A stretch of DNA of 64,000 nt from Promethearchaeota archaeon (GCA_048938105.1 JBHLMN010000007.1:192001-256000); one strand, 5' to 3'. Positions 20,088 to 30,207 are shown, numbered from the stretch's first letter. The notes: generated by a model not told the origin, from the sequence alone. Program-made: numbers and translations.

Positions 20088-21023
20088 TTGATTGTAATGA
20101 CAAAGAATGGATTAATTCTAGTCTTGGGAGGCACAGGGCACTATGGTAGACATATTGTAAAAGCCCTGACCTCTAATAATCATAAAGTAAGAGTTCTATC
20201 TCGAAATATGGCAAAAGCAAGGGAAATTCTTGGAGATGAACCTGAAATTGTAGAAGGAGATATTATTTCCAAAGAGGTAGTAATCAAAGCTCTTGAAGGA
20301 GTAAAAGCAATAATTATCAGTATTTCTGCCTTCAATCGAAAAACAATTCGTAAATTAAAGCTCATTGAAAGAGATTCTGTGTTAATGGTTCTTGAAGAAG
20401 CAGAAAAACTAGGGATAAGCCGTATTGTGTATATTTCTGTTTATGAAAAACCAGATGCGGATATAGATATGCTTCAAGGCAAGATCAAACGAGAAATTGA
20501 AGATACATTAGAAAAATCAAGTTTCAATTATACAATCCTTGGAGCTCCTCCTTCAATGGAAATCTTCTTTGCTATGATTCGTAATGGAAAGATGACTGTC
20601 CCTGGGGGAGGCCCTCCAGCATTACCAACAATTTCCCCGATTGATCTGGGTATAATAGCGGCACAAACTGTAAGTCGATTTGATTTAAATGAAAAACGTT
20701 TCAGTTTGGTTGGTTCTGATGTGATATCCTTTAGAGAAGCTGCAGAAAGAATATCAAATATCACGGGGAATAAAATTGGCTTTCGAAAGGTGCCACTTTT
20801 TCCAATAAGGATTGGAGCAGCTATCACGGGGTTATTAAGTCCAATTTTTCCGTATATTTCTCAAATGTTAAGATTCATAATACTAATGAATACTGCATTT
20901 ACAGCTGAGATTATAGATCAGGTTTATGAGCACCAAAAGCTACTTCAAGAGACCTTTGATTATCAACCAATGACTATAGAAGAGTTTGCAACAAGATATC
21001 ATTGGAAAATCAAATCACCTTGA
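20088..21023 (+). CDS. NmrA/SDR-like NAD(P)-binding protein
   Basis: ILVLGGTGHYG Rossmann motif; VRVLSRN; VEGD. Confidence 0.85.
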   Translation: MIVMTKNGLILVLGGTGHYGRHIVKALTSNNHKVRVLSRNMAKAREILGDEPEIVEGDIISKEVVIKALEGVKAIIISISAFNRKTIRKLKLIERDSVLMVLEEAEKLGISRIVYISVYEKPDADIDMLQGKIKREIEDTLEKSSFNYTILGAPPSMEIFFAMIRNGKMTVPGGGPPALPTISPIDLGIIAAQTVSRFDLNEKRFSLVGSDVISFREAAERISNITGNKIGFRKVPLFPIRIGAAITGLLSPIFPYISQMLRFIILMNTAFTAEIIDQVYEHQKLLQETFDYQPMTIEEFATRYHWKIKSP

Positions 21024-21065
21024 TAAGGACTTATTTTTTTATCATTTCATTATTGGTGATCATTT

Positions 21066-21644
21066 TTGGACTCAAATGAAGGAAAATTAATTATCCCCAA
21101 AACAGGTAGAATCGGAAGATTGGCGAAGATAATCGAATCTGAAACAAATCAGGATATCTTATTTAAAGTAATGCATGGCGTCGAGCAATACACATCAACT
21201 TCTAATTATAAACAAAAGGCTTCATGGGTACGAGGTGCGATTGAACGATTAGAACTTGAGGTAGGTGTTGAGAAGAGTAAAGCGATATTAGAGCAATGTG
21301 GGAGAAAATGTTGCGGAGTAACCAGTAGAAAGCGTGCAAAACAAGCTATGAATGAGTCAACATCACTTAAGGAATTCATAGAAAAATTAAATGCTAGAGG
21401 TATTGGGGGAGGTAGACTCAAACTTGAAGATAAGAACATAATTACTGGAGGGTATGATATATGTTATTGTGGGCAAGTTAAACATACTCAAGAACCTTTT
21501 CTTACTGATACATACTGCCATTGCTCTGTTGGTTGGTATAAACAATTATTTGAATCTACTCTAAATAAGTCTGTGAATGTTGAACTTGTGCAATCCATTA
21601 TTAGAGGATCAAAGACCTGTGAATTTGTTATTCATATAGAATAA
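21066..21644 (+). CDS. Cys-rich V4R-like (DUF6144-type) protein
   Basis: CGRKCC, CYC, YCHCSVGWYKQLFE...VELVQSIIRGSKTCEF. Confidence 0.7.
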   Translation: MDSNEGKLIIPKTGRIGRLAKIIESETNQDILFKVMHGVEQYTSTSNYKQKASWVRGAIERLELEVGVEKSKAILEQCGRKCCGVTSRKRAKQAMNESTSLKEFIEKLNARGIGGGRLKLEDKNIITGGYDICYCGQVKHTQEPFLTDTYCHCSVGWYKQLFESTLNKSVNVELVQSIIRGSKTCEFVIHIE

Positions 21645-21730
21645 TTTAATTATCCTTTCATATCCTATAATCGTATTTTTCTACTTATCATTGTTTAGCC
21701 AATTCAAAAAAAGATTATTCAGTTTTCAAC

Positions 21731-22591
21731 CTATCTTTTAGCTCTTAGAAATGTCCCTTTATGATATTCTTCAAAAGCGGTTTTAATTTCTTCTTGTGTA
21801 TTCATAACAATAGGACCGTACCACGCAACTGGTTCTTTAATCGGTTTCCCCGAAACCAAAAGAAATCGCACATGTTCATCTTCTGATGCTGTAATTTGTA
21901 CCAATTCACCTTCCCTGAAGATTATGAGATGTTCTTTGGAAACTAGTTGTTCTTTATTTGGTTCAAAATAGCCCTTTCCCTCAAAACAATATGCAAAAAC
22001 AGTATAATCTTTATTAACTCTGTGTTCAAATGTTGTATTCTCAGGGATGAATACATCAATGTATTCAGGATTAGTTACAATATTTTGAACAGGTCCCTTG
22101 ATACCATTGATTTCTCCAGCTAAGATTCTAATTTTAATCCCATTATTAATCATGATTTCAGGAACCATATCTGCAGGAATATCTTGGTAGCGAGGTGGCA
22201 TCATTTTATTAGTTGCTGGAAGATTAACCCAGAGCTGGAACCCCCATAATAGGCCATCCACTTGTGCTGGCATCTCTGAATGAATGATACCAGATCCAGC
22301 TGTCATCCACTGGATATCTCCACTCTTAATGACACCTTGATTACCAATAGAATCTTGGTGTTCTACTTTTCCTTCAAGCATATAAGTAACAGTTTCAATA
22401 CCCCGATGGGGATGATTAGGAAATCCTGCAATATACTCATCTGGATTGTCAGAATGAAAATCATCAAATAAGAGGAATGGATCGAGTATTACTACTTCCC
22501 GATGAGCAAATGCACGTTTCAAATGAACACCTGCTCCCTCAATTGTCGGTTTACTCTTGGAAACTCTCCGTATTCTTCTAATTTTGTTCAT
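21731..22591 (-). CDS. Pirin family protein
   Basis: DPFLLFD, GFPNHPHRGIETVTY, QWMTAGSGIIHSE, FQLWVNLP, GPIVMNT. Confidence 0.95.
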   Translation of the reverse strand: MNKIRRIRRVSKSKPTIEGAGVHLKRAFAHREVVILDPFLLFDDFHSDNPDEYIAGFPNHPHRGIETVTYMLEGKVEHQDSIGNQGVIKSGDIQWMTAGSGIIHSEMPAQVDGLLWGFQLWVNLPATNKMMPPRYQDIPADMVPEIMINNGIKIRILAGEINGIKGPVQNIVTNPEYIDVFIPENTTFEHRVNKDYTVFAYCFEGKGYFEPNKEQLVSKEHLIIFREGELVQITASEDEHVRFLLVSGKPIKEPVAWYGPIVMNTQEEIKTAFEEYHKGTFLRAKR

Positions 22592-22822
22592 ATGGTCCCA
22601 AATATTTCAATTAATTTAAATTTAATTTTGCATTATTCGTATTAAACCAAGAAAATCACTCTAGGCACCCCTTGAATTTTTAAACTAATGGGGATCATAT
22701 CTATACTGGTTTATGTTGAAATATTATTCAACCGCAAGTTAAGAATCTTCAATCCTATCAAAGTCATCTATTTATCTTCAATAAGAATTATCCCAAAAAA
22801 GAGCTTCAAGTGATAGAAAACA

Positions 22823-23995
22823 ATGAGACCAGATATTTCTTCTTTTCATATCATGATCAAACCGCATAGTTCTATTTGCAATCTAAATTGCCAGTATTGT
22901 TATTATCTGTCTAAAAAAAGACTTTATCCTAATTCCAATTACCGAATGAATGATAAAACATTGGAAGAATTCATAAAACAGTATCTTGAAGCACAAAAAA
23001 CACCTGTTGTCTCGTTTGGGTGGCAAGGAGGAGAACCAGCATTAATGGGCATAGATTTTTTTGAGAAAGTGATCCATTACCAAAAGAAATACAATAAGGA
23101 GGGAAAAAAAGTCGAGAACACTTTTCAAACCAATGGAACTTTACTCAATGAAGATTGGGGGCGTTTTTTCAAGAAACACAATTTCTTAATCGGAATTAGC
23201 ATTGATGGTCCTCCGAAAATGCATGATGTGTATCGAGTTGATCGAAAAGGGACTCCCACTTTTAACAAAGTGAAATTAGGGCTTGACATTCTTAAAAAAT
23301 ATGAAGTAGAATACAATATTCTCACCTGTGTCCATTCTGTGAATGTAAATCACCCATTAGAAGTGTATAAGTATTTAAGAGACGAATTACAAGTTAATTT
23401 TATCCAATTTATTCCTGTAGTTGAACGAAATATTGATGGGAGAGTTTCAGATTTTTCCACAACTGGAAGCCAATATGGTACTTTTTTACAGACTGTCTTT
23501 GATGAATGGGTTAGACATGATGTAGGAATGATTTTTATTCAAATTTTTGAGGTCGCTTTAGCTGCTTGGTTAAATTTACCCCTAAATTTGTGTACTTTCG
23601 CACCAAACTGTGGAAATGCGTTAGCTTTAGAGTACAATGGGGATATCTATGCTTGCGATCATTTTGTTACACCAGAGTACTTTCGTGGTAATTTATTATC
23701 ACAATCACTTAAAGAAATCGTAAATTCACTAGATCAAAAGGAATTTGGGTTGAAAAAATCTAGGTTACTCCCTCAAGAATGTCAGCAATGTGAAGTGAGA
23801 TTCGTATGTAATGGTGGATGCCCAAAAAACAGGTTTATTTCAACTGAAGAAAGAAACTCTGGATTAAATTATTTATGTGAGGGTTATAAGACTTTTTTTT
23901 CCTACATCGATCCTTATATGAAGTACATGGCAGATCAACTAAAGAGAAATAGACCTGCTACCAATATCATGGAATACTTAAAAGAGAAATCATAA
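22823..23995 (+). CDS. Anaerobic sulfatase maturase (radical SAM/SPASM)
   Basis: CNLNCQYCYY, WQGGEP, QTNGTLL, YACDHF, CQQC..RFVCNGGCPKNR, YLCEGY. Confidence 0.93.
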   Translation: MRPDISSFHIMIKPHSSICNLNCQYCYYLSKKRLYPNSNYRMNDKTLEEFIKQYLEAQKTPVVSFGWQGGEPALMGIDFFEKVIHYQKKYNKEGKKVENTFQTNGTLLNEDWGRFFKKHNFLIGISIDGPPKMHDVYRVDRKGTPTFNKVKLGLDILKKYEVEYNILTCVHSVNVNHPLEVYKYLRDELQVNFIQFIPVVERNIDGRVSDFSTTGSQYGTFLQTVFDEWVRHDVGMIFIQIFEVALAAWLNLPLNLCTFAPNCGNALALEYNGDIYACDHFVTPEYFRGNLLSQSLKEIVNSLDQKEFGLKKSRLLPQECQQCEVRFVCNGGCPKNRFISTEERNSGLNYLCEGYKTFFSYIDPYMKYMADQLKRNRPATNIMEYLKEKS

Positions 23996-24087
23996 TAAGA
24001 AATATTATTAATGTTAAAAATAATACAACCAGTATTATCAACCTAGAAGATGTATTTTCGTCTCAAGTCTCATTAATTTCCAATAAG

Positions 24088-25398
24088 ATGAGGAATATGA
24101 ATCAACCATCCGAATCTAATCCAAATATCTTATTTATCATCACTCATGATACTGGGGATCTTTTTTATGACAAAGGGATAGAAACACCAAACCTAGATCA
24201 ATTGGCTCGAACTGGTGTAATGTTTACAAATAATTTTTGCATAGCTCCCCAGTGTTCTCCTTCTCGTGGTAGTATTCTCACTGGACAAGTGCCACACACA
24301 CACGGATTAATGGGATTAACAAACTATGGCTGGAATTTGGATTCAAAGATCACAATTGCCAAAATTCTTGCCAAAAACGGCTACTCAACGCATTTAATTG
24401 GATTACAGCATGAACATGAGGATGCAAAAGAACTCGGTTATCAAAATATCTCTGATCGTAACATCATGCCTTGGGTAGATAACGTCGTTCCCCAAGTAAA
24501 CGAATTCTTAACAAGAGCTAATCAGGGGAAGGTTCCACAACCATTCTATTGTGCCATTGGCTTTTTTGATACCCATAGGCCCTTCATTTTTCCTGAGGAT
24601 ATTTCTGTTCCTTTCAAAAACGAAATTTTGGTTCCTAGTTTTCTACCAGACACACCTGAAGTGAGAACGGATATTTCAGAATTATATTCATCGATTAAAA
24701 CAGTAGATAGAGGAATTGGACATATCCTTGACATTTTAAAATCGTGTTCTTACTATGAAAATACAATAGTTATTCTTACCGTTGATCATGGACCAGCTTT
24801 TCCACGAGCGAAATGTACTCTGTATGACACAGGAATTCGGACTGCGCTCATTTTCAGCTGGCCAAAAAAGATTAAGCAAGGAATGATACGGACTGAATTG
24901 ATCTCTAACATAGATTTATTACCATCAATCTTAGATATTGTCGATATTCCGATCCCCGATGAAATACAAGGACATAGCTTCAAAAATCTTCTTTTTAATG
25001 AAGAATATAAGGAACAGGAGTGCATTTTTGCAGAATTAACATATCACGATATTGGCTATAATCCTATCAGAGCAGTTAGAACAAAAAAATGGAAATATAT
25101 CAAGAATTTTAAAGCTCTTGACATATTATTCGAAATACCTGAAGATGTGATCGAAAGTCCATCAGGAAAAGCTTGGCTTAGCAAACATCCTGAATATTAC
25201 TCCACTAGACCAAACGAAGAGTTGTATGATCTGATGACTGATCCAATGGAAGTAATAAATTTAGCTAATAATCCCCAATATCAATCTATCAAACAAAAAT
25301 TAGATAAGAAACTTATGGATTGGTTGAAAAAGACAAATGATCCAATTTTAACGAAGAACTTTATTGAGGACACTTCAAGGAGAATGAAGATTGAATGA
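24088..25398 (+). CDS. Cys-type sulfatase (sulfamidase-like)
   Basis: NILFIITHD, CSPSRGSILTG (CxPxR), DHG..FPRAK.TLYD.G, ELYDL..DP.E..NLA. Confidence 0.92.
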   Translation: MRNMNQPSESNPNILFIITHDTGDLFYDKGIETPNLDQLARTGVMFTNNFCIAPQCSPSRGSILTGQVPHTHGLMGLTNYGWNLDSKITIAKILAKNGYSTHLIGLQHEHEDAKELGYQNISDRNIMPWVDNVVPQVNEFLTRANQGKVPQPFYCAIGFFDTHRPFIFPEDISVPFKNEILVPSFLPDTPEVRTDISELYSSIKTVDRGIGHILDILKSCSYYENTIVILTVDHGPAFPRAKCTLYDTGIRTALIFSWPKKIKQGMIRTELISNIDLLPSILDIVDIPIPDEIQGHSFKNLLFNEEYKEQECIFAELTYHDIGYNPIRAVRTKKWKYIKNFKALDILFEIPEDVIESPSGKAWLSKHPEYYSTRPNEELYDLMTDPMEVINLANNPQYQSIKQKLDKKLMDWLKKTNDPILTKNFIEDTSRRMKIE

Positions 25399-26008
25399 AA
25401 TTATTTGGGCTACCCCACTTTATTTATTCTTAAAATATTGCAATGAGAGTTCATTAGATAAAGTAATTCTTGATTGCGGTGCAGGAGGAGAATCTCCTCC
25501 ATTAGCCCTTTTCTATCAATACGATTACGAAACAAATGGAATTGATATTTCTGATAAAGCTTTAGAGGAATCTCATCTATTTTGTAAGGAGAATAACATA
25601 AATTTAAATATTACAAAAGGAGATATGAGGAAAATTCCGTTTGAAGACGAGTCTATGAGTTTTGTTTATTCTTTAGATTCGATTATATTTTTATCAAAAG
25701 ATGACACTCAAATAGCTATTAAAGAGATTGAAAGAGTCTTGAGAACAGATGGACTGTGTTTTATAAATTTTAAATCGATTGATGATGAAGATTACAATAA
25801 AGGGGAGCCAATGGGCAATAATGAATTTAAACTTGATAATGAATGGACAGAAGGGGAGATGGTATGCTCTTTCTATGAAGATAATGAACCTGATGCTTAT
25901 TTTGGCAATTTTGAAATTCTCCGCAAAGAAAAAAGGATTGTAGATTGTTTTTGTATTGAGAATGGTCACAGAATTGGGTATATTGATTATATTGGTAGAA
26001 AAAAATAA
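25391..26008 (+). CDS. Class I SAM-dependent methyltransferase (paralog of 27664-28290)
   Basis: ILDCGAGG, GDMRKIPFEDES, EIERVL; start overlaps the sulfatase stop. Confidence 0.88.
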   Translation: MNEIIWATPLYLFLKYCNESSLDKVILDCGAGGESPPLALFYQYDYETNGIDISDKALEESHLFCKENNINLNITKGDMRKIPFEDESMSFVYSLDSIIFLSKDDTQIAIKEIERVLRTDGLCFINFKSIDDEDYNKGEPMGNNEFKLDNEWTEGEMVCSFYEDNEPDAYFGNFEILRKEKRIVDCFCIENGHRIGYIDYIGRKK

Positions 26009-26155
26009 TCTATCGTTCAATCACTCATTTTCCCTTTCATAACTTATTTAAAAAGAAATTAAAGGATTTTTAGGGGAAAGATTCAATTCGGGAAGATTTA
26101 AAAAATTCTTTCTCTATAATTACATATTTTCAGGAAGAAAAGTGGTGACAATAGA

Positions 26156-26776
26156 ATGAAAACAAATCAAATTATTAGAATAATAATTCCTTTGGTACTC
26201 CTTTTAGGGGCTGCCACTACCTTTTTTGTGGCAGTTCTGGGCAACCAACAGGCAAATACCTCAGCAGAGGATATACAAAAGGCAAATACAACCACAAGTA
26301 GTTTTATTATGTACCTATATGTAGAAGGCATCCCTGGAGAAGTTATAGAACAAGATCATGAAGAATGGATTGAAGTACTCGCTTATTCCCATAATATACA
26401 AACCCCCTATAATGTTGGCACAGGACAAACTGCTGGAAGCGTAGAGAACGCCCCCCTCCGAATCACTAAGATGGTAGATAAGGCATCTCCCAAATTATAC
26501 CAAGCTTGTTATACTGGAAGTGTGAAACCTTTAGTTGAACTAGATTTCTGCATGACTAATACTGCCCAAGATGTGTTTTACAACATTGAACTTGAAAATG
26601 CCAAAATTGTGTCCGTCCAAGACTTTGGAGTATTATCAGGAGACTATCCAACAGAAACAGTTTCATTCACTTACGAAAGATTCAAATGGACATATATAGA
26701 GTACGATGCTCAGGGACAACCCAAAGGACCTATAGAATCAGGTTGGATCTATTGGAGTGACGAAACCCCTATTTAA
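26156..26776 (+). CDS. hcp: Hcp (T6SS tube-type) domain protein with N-terminal signal/TM segment
   Basis: MYLYVEGIPGE...HEEWIEVLAYSH, ITKMVDKASPKLYQAC..G, FYNIELENAKIVSV, PTETVSFTYERFKWTY...GW are Hcp hallmark motifs; preceded by hydrophobic IIIPLVLLLGAATTFFVAVLG and an N/T/S-rich linker. Confidence 0.9.
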   Translation: MKTNQIIRIIIPLVLLLGAATTFFVAVLGNQQANTSAEDIQKANTTTSSFIMYLYVEGIPGEVIEQDHEEWIEVLAYSHNIQTPYNVGTGQTAGSVENAPLRITKMVDKASPKLYQACYTGSVKPLVELDFCMTNTAQDVFYNIELENAKIVSVQDFGVLSGDYPTETVSFTYERFKWTYIEYDAQGQPKGPIESGWIYWSDETPI

Positions 26777-26811
26777 CCCTTACAAACAAATTATATAGCT
26801 GTTGAATTACA

Positions 26812-27552
26812 ATGAAAATGTCTAAGACATTTTTAATTCCCTTACTCCTATTGATTTTAGCCATTGGTACCTTTCCTACACTAGCTTTCGCAAATACTTC
26901 CAATGAAGAATATATTGAAGTTCACCAAGTGATTCAGAATGGACCTAATATATTGATTGAATTAGATTATGACTTGAGTTCAACTTCTTTACTTGATACT
27001 AATGAATCATTGGCAGTCTTAGTAATATTTAGTGATTCTACAAACGAGGATACTCTCACCATTCAAGCAGCGATGTTATTCTTTCACACGGATGACAATC
27101 AATTTCTCCTTTTTTGGATGCTTGGAGACCCCTTTAAACAAGCCCAAAACTGGCAGGAAGGTACTGAAAATGAGCACTTTCAGACTGATGGTGACCAATT
27201 AACACTCACTTTCATCGAATTCGTAGGTGCTCAGGAACCAGAGATTACAGTCTCAGTATATGCCAGGATTACCTCTAGTGAAATAAATGCCTATACGACC
27301 GATTTTCGAATAGTTCTAGATCAATTCATTGAGGAATTGACAACACAAACTACATCTGAGGAGACTTCTGGCCCCCTGACTACAGGAAAAACAACTTCAT
27401 CAACTACAGGAACAGGAAAAACAGAAAGAACCACATCTACAAAAGAATCATCTCAAACAAAAACGGATATTGCATCAGGATTCACTATCCTCTCAATTTT
27501 TGGTATTCTCCTTTCAGTGGTCATCATAAAAAGATTTACTCGGAAAAATTAA
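26812..27552 (+). CDS. Secreted surface protein with Thr/Ser stalk and PGF-CTERM-like (SGF-TM-basic) anchor
   Basis: Signal peptide ending TLAFA; acidic domain; TTQTTSEETSGPLTTGKTTSSTTGTGKT stalk; SGFTILSIFGILLSVVIIKRFTRKN. Confidence 0.8.
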   Translation: MKMSKTFLIPLLLLILAIGTFPTLAFANTSNEEYIEVHQVIQNGPNILIELDYDLSSTSLLDTNESLAVLVIFSDSTNEDTLTIQAAMLFFHTDDNQFLLFWMLGDPFKQAQNWQEGTENEHFQTDGDQLTLTFIEFVGAQEPEITVSVYARITSSEINAYTTDFRIVLDQFIEELTTQTTSEETSGPLTTGKTTSSTTGTGKTERTTSTKESSQTKTDIASGFTILSIFGILLSVVIIKRFTRKN

Positions 27553-27663
27553 GGTTTATTAAAACCTATTGATATCAAAAAGGCGTTAAGCACCAGCTAA
27601 ACTCTTTTGGACAAATACAGGCTTAGCATGCAATTTACTTATGAGTCTGTACTCTAAGATTTA

Positions 27664-28290
27664 TTATAAAGTCTGAATTTTCGTTCCAATATAACTAATT
27701 TCACCCAATTTAAGTTGAATTTCTCCTTCATTATATCTATAAATCACTCTATTTTCTTTATGAAGGAGCTCAAAATTTTTAAAATATGCATCAGCCTCAT
27801 TAATGGTATGAAAAGAATGGAGTGCTGTTTCATTCTCACCTATGGGCAATAAATATTCTCCCTCACCGATTTTTTCACCTCGTTCACCGATCTCTGAATC
27901 TTCCGACATAAAATTGACATAGCATAATCCATTTATTACCAAGACTCTTTCGATTTCTTTCATTGCAATAGAAATATCTTTTTTCGATAGATGCATGATT
28001 GTATTATATGAATAAACAAAGGAAAAACTTTCATCATCAAAATTTAAATCTCTCATATCACCTATCTTAATATTTAGGTCAAGATTATACTTATCACAGA
28101 AATCTTTTGTGTTCTTGATTGCTTGTTCACTAACATCTATTCCAAAGGTTTTATAACCATTTCTGTAAAACAAGTAAAGAGGGGACTCCCTTCCACCAGC
28201 TCCACAATCAAGTACTTTTTTTTCTAGGTTTGTTTTGTTGCATAATCGTAAAAACTCATATAAGGGAGTTGCACGAGAAATAAATTCCAA
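27664..28290 (-). CDS. Class I SAM-dependent methyltransferase (paralog of 25391-26008)
   Basis: ATPLYEFL, VLDCGAGG, GDMRDLNFDDESFSFVYS, EIERVL. Confidence 0.88.
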   Translation of the reverse strand: MEFISRATPLYEFLRLCNKTNLEKKVLDCGAGGRESPLYLFYRNGYKTFGIDVSEQAIKNTKDFCDKYNLDLNIKIGDMRDLNFDDESFSFVYSYNTIMHLSKKDISIAMKEIERVLVINGLCYVNFMSEDSEIGERGEKIGEGEYLLPIGENETALHSFHTINEADAYFKNFELLHKENRVIYRYNEGEIQLKLGEISYIGTKIQTL

Positions 28291-28317
28291 AATACCATCT
28301 TCTCTTTGGACATGAGT

Positions 28318-29328
28318 TTACTTCTCTACAGTGTCTACAACTTCCTGTGGTAAATGCAAAGCAAACTTACAAACTGAGTCCCCTTTAAGCACTGATTTTA
28401 CTAATTCGACTTTCACGGATTGATCTAAAACCGCCTCCCAGAAGTTCTTGTAATACCCTGCACTACAATTACAAAATATCGGATCAACAGGTTGATCTTC
28501 CTCCAAAAGTGCTTCTCTCACCCAAGGACAGTGACAATACCAATACTTCTTTTTCTTATCATCTGTTTCTTTAAGAAATTGCTTTGTCATATAAGGGATC
28601 TTAATCATAATGACTTTATTTCCTTCTCGAATCCCCGCTTCAGTCATTCCTTGTTGACTCTTGACATATTGAAGGACTTCCTCGTCAATCTCTTGAGTAA
28701 AGAAAAGAGAATTTTCTTGGAAGTGTTTTGTTAAAGTGTTAATAAAATCTTGGCGTTGAATTTCCAAGAATTCGTCGATGCTTTTTGTTTTTAGATATTT
28801 TTTTCTTGCTGATTCATAAGATTGTGGATATTTGTCCCTTAATCCGTGTGCAAGGAATGCAGTGCACTTTTCATGATCAACTTTAGCGTGAAATCTCTCA
28901 ATCACCTTTCTAGTAATTTCAGGTTTCTTTTTGGGATGAAAACCTAATGGTGGAACTTCAATATCTTCAAAAATTTCATTTCTTACTTCTTCACCGAATT
29001 CCTCTACTAATCGTTTTGAGAAATTTACCATTACTTCGCTTCCATCAATGTTCTCCATTGCAGCAATAATTAATTGGTTATTCTTCTTGAAATAGCCATA
29101 TCGGAGAAGATTAACATAGTTATCGAAAGAATTCTTTTTATTCTCTATTAAATAGGCAGAAAAATCATGAAGATCGTTATATGTTGCATCCTCAACTGAT
29201 TTGTTGGATTTAGAAAGAAAATCATCAAACTCACTAACGATATTAATAGCAGCAGGTATTATATCAATAGCAATATTTCGTTCCTGTAAATACTCCTGCA
29301 AATATTCCTTGAAACCGTCCTGTTCCAT
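28318..29328 (-). CDS. DUF6144-type Cys-rich V4R-like protein with extra N-terminal domain
   Basis: YCHCPW, FCNCSAGYYKNFWE...VELVKSVLKGDSVCKF, similar to 21066-21644. Confidence 0.7.
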   Translation of the reverse strand: MEQDGFKEYLQEYLQERNIAIDIIPAAINIVSEFDDFLSKSNKSVEDATYNDLHDFSAYLIENKKNSFDNYVNLLRYGYFKKNNQLIIAAMENIDGSEVMVNFSKRLVEEFGEEVRNEIFEDIEVPPLGFHPKKKPEITRKVIERFHAKVDHEKCTAFLAHGLRDKYPQSYESARKKYLKTKSIDEFLEIQRQDFINTLTKHFQENSLFFTQEIDEEVLQYVKSQQGMTEAGIREGNKVIMIKIPYMTKQFLKETDDKKKKYWYCHCPWVREALLEEDQPVDPIFCNCSAGYYKNFWEAVLDQSVKVELVKSVLKGDSVCKFALHLPQEVVDTVEK

Positions 29329-29575
29329 AAAATCACCAAATTCTTTTCGTAAGTCTCAATATATAAACTAAATGATGTGTGCATTCCGATTATATATGGA
29401 AAATTCAATGTATCATATTACTCGAATTATCTTTCAATTTTTAGATAGAGTCTCAAATATAATCAAGCTATATTTTCATAAAGAAGCCACAGACTGATTA
29501 ATAGGCAACACATTCGATTTTATCTTAGTATAGAAACTAATAAATCAAAAACACAATTTTTACCTACATGATAAG

Positions 29576-29620
29576 ATATATATACTTAATATATACAATA
29601 TCTATATTAAAAATATATAT
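29576..29620. promoter_or_regulatory. AT-rich imperfect palindrome upstream of RHH regulator (possible operator)
   Basis: ATATATAT-AC-TTAATATA-N9-TATATTAA-AA-ATATATAT directly before GGTGAT SD and TTG start. Confidence 0.4.
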
Positions 29621-29629
29621 GGTGATACT

Positions 29630-30100
29630 TTGGTAGAGGATGAAGAAATACCCTATTTAGAAAAGATTTCTCTAAATATCGCAATAACAGAATTAGGTCG
29701 AATTGATGCATTAATAGAAGCAGGTTATGCAGCGAATCGAACCGAATTTATACGTAGATCCATTAGAAAAGAATTATCTCGCTATAAAGATGAGATTGAA
29801 TCCATCACTCCACGAAGAAAGTTTAGAGCAATGGTTTTATACCTTAACAAAGACGATATCGATGAATGTTTAGAAAAAGGCCAAAAAATTGATATTAGAG
29901 TTCTTGGTTATCTACGTTTAGCTAGAGATATTGATCCAGAAGATTTGGATGCAGTTGTCAACTCATGTAGGGTTTATGGAAGTATTTCAGCACCTAAGAA
30001 ACTAAAAGAAATTCTTTTAGACAAAAGACCGAGATATTCCTTACTAGGACACGACTATTATCAGGGTAGCGAGGAGAAGGAGGATAATGAATTAGAATGA
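29630..30100 (+). CDS. CopG/ribbon-helix-helix transcriptional regulator
   Basis: EKISLNI...LGRIDALIEAGYAANRTEFIRRSIRKEL. Confidence 0.8.
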   Translation: MVEDEEIPYLEKISLNIAITELGRIDALIEAGYAANRTEFIRRSIRKELSRYKDEIESITPRRKFRAMVLYLNKDDIDECLEKGQKIDIRVLGYLRLARDIDPEDLDAVVNSCRVYGSISAPKKLKEILLDKRPRYSLLGHDYYQGSEEKEDNELE

Positions 30101-30207
30101 TTTTCCTGTAAAAATGTATGAATTCGAAAGAGAATATTTAATTCATCTTAAATTATATAGATTGCTCATCAATAGAACCCTGAACAAGAAATTGAGAGGA
30201 AATCGCA

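Noticed and set aside
26156-27552. Complete T6SS, eCIS or prophage tail locus
   Set aside because: No sheath, VgrG, PAAR, baseplate, terminase, capsid or integrase genes are recognisable in the window.
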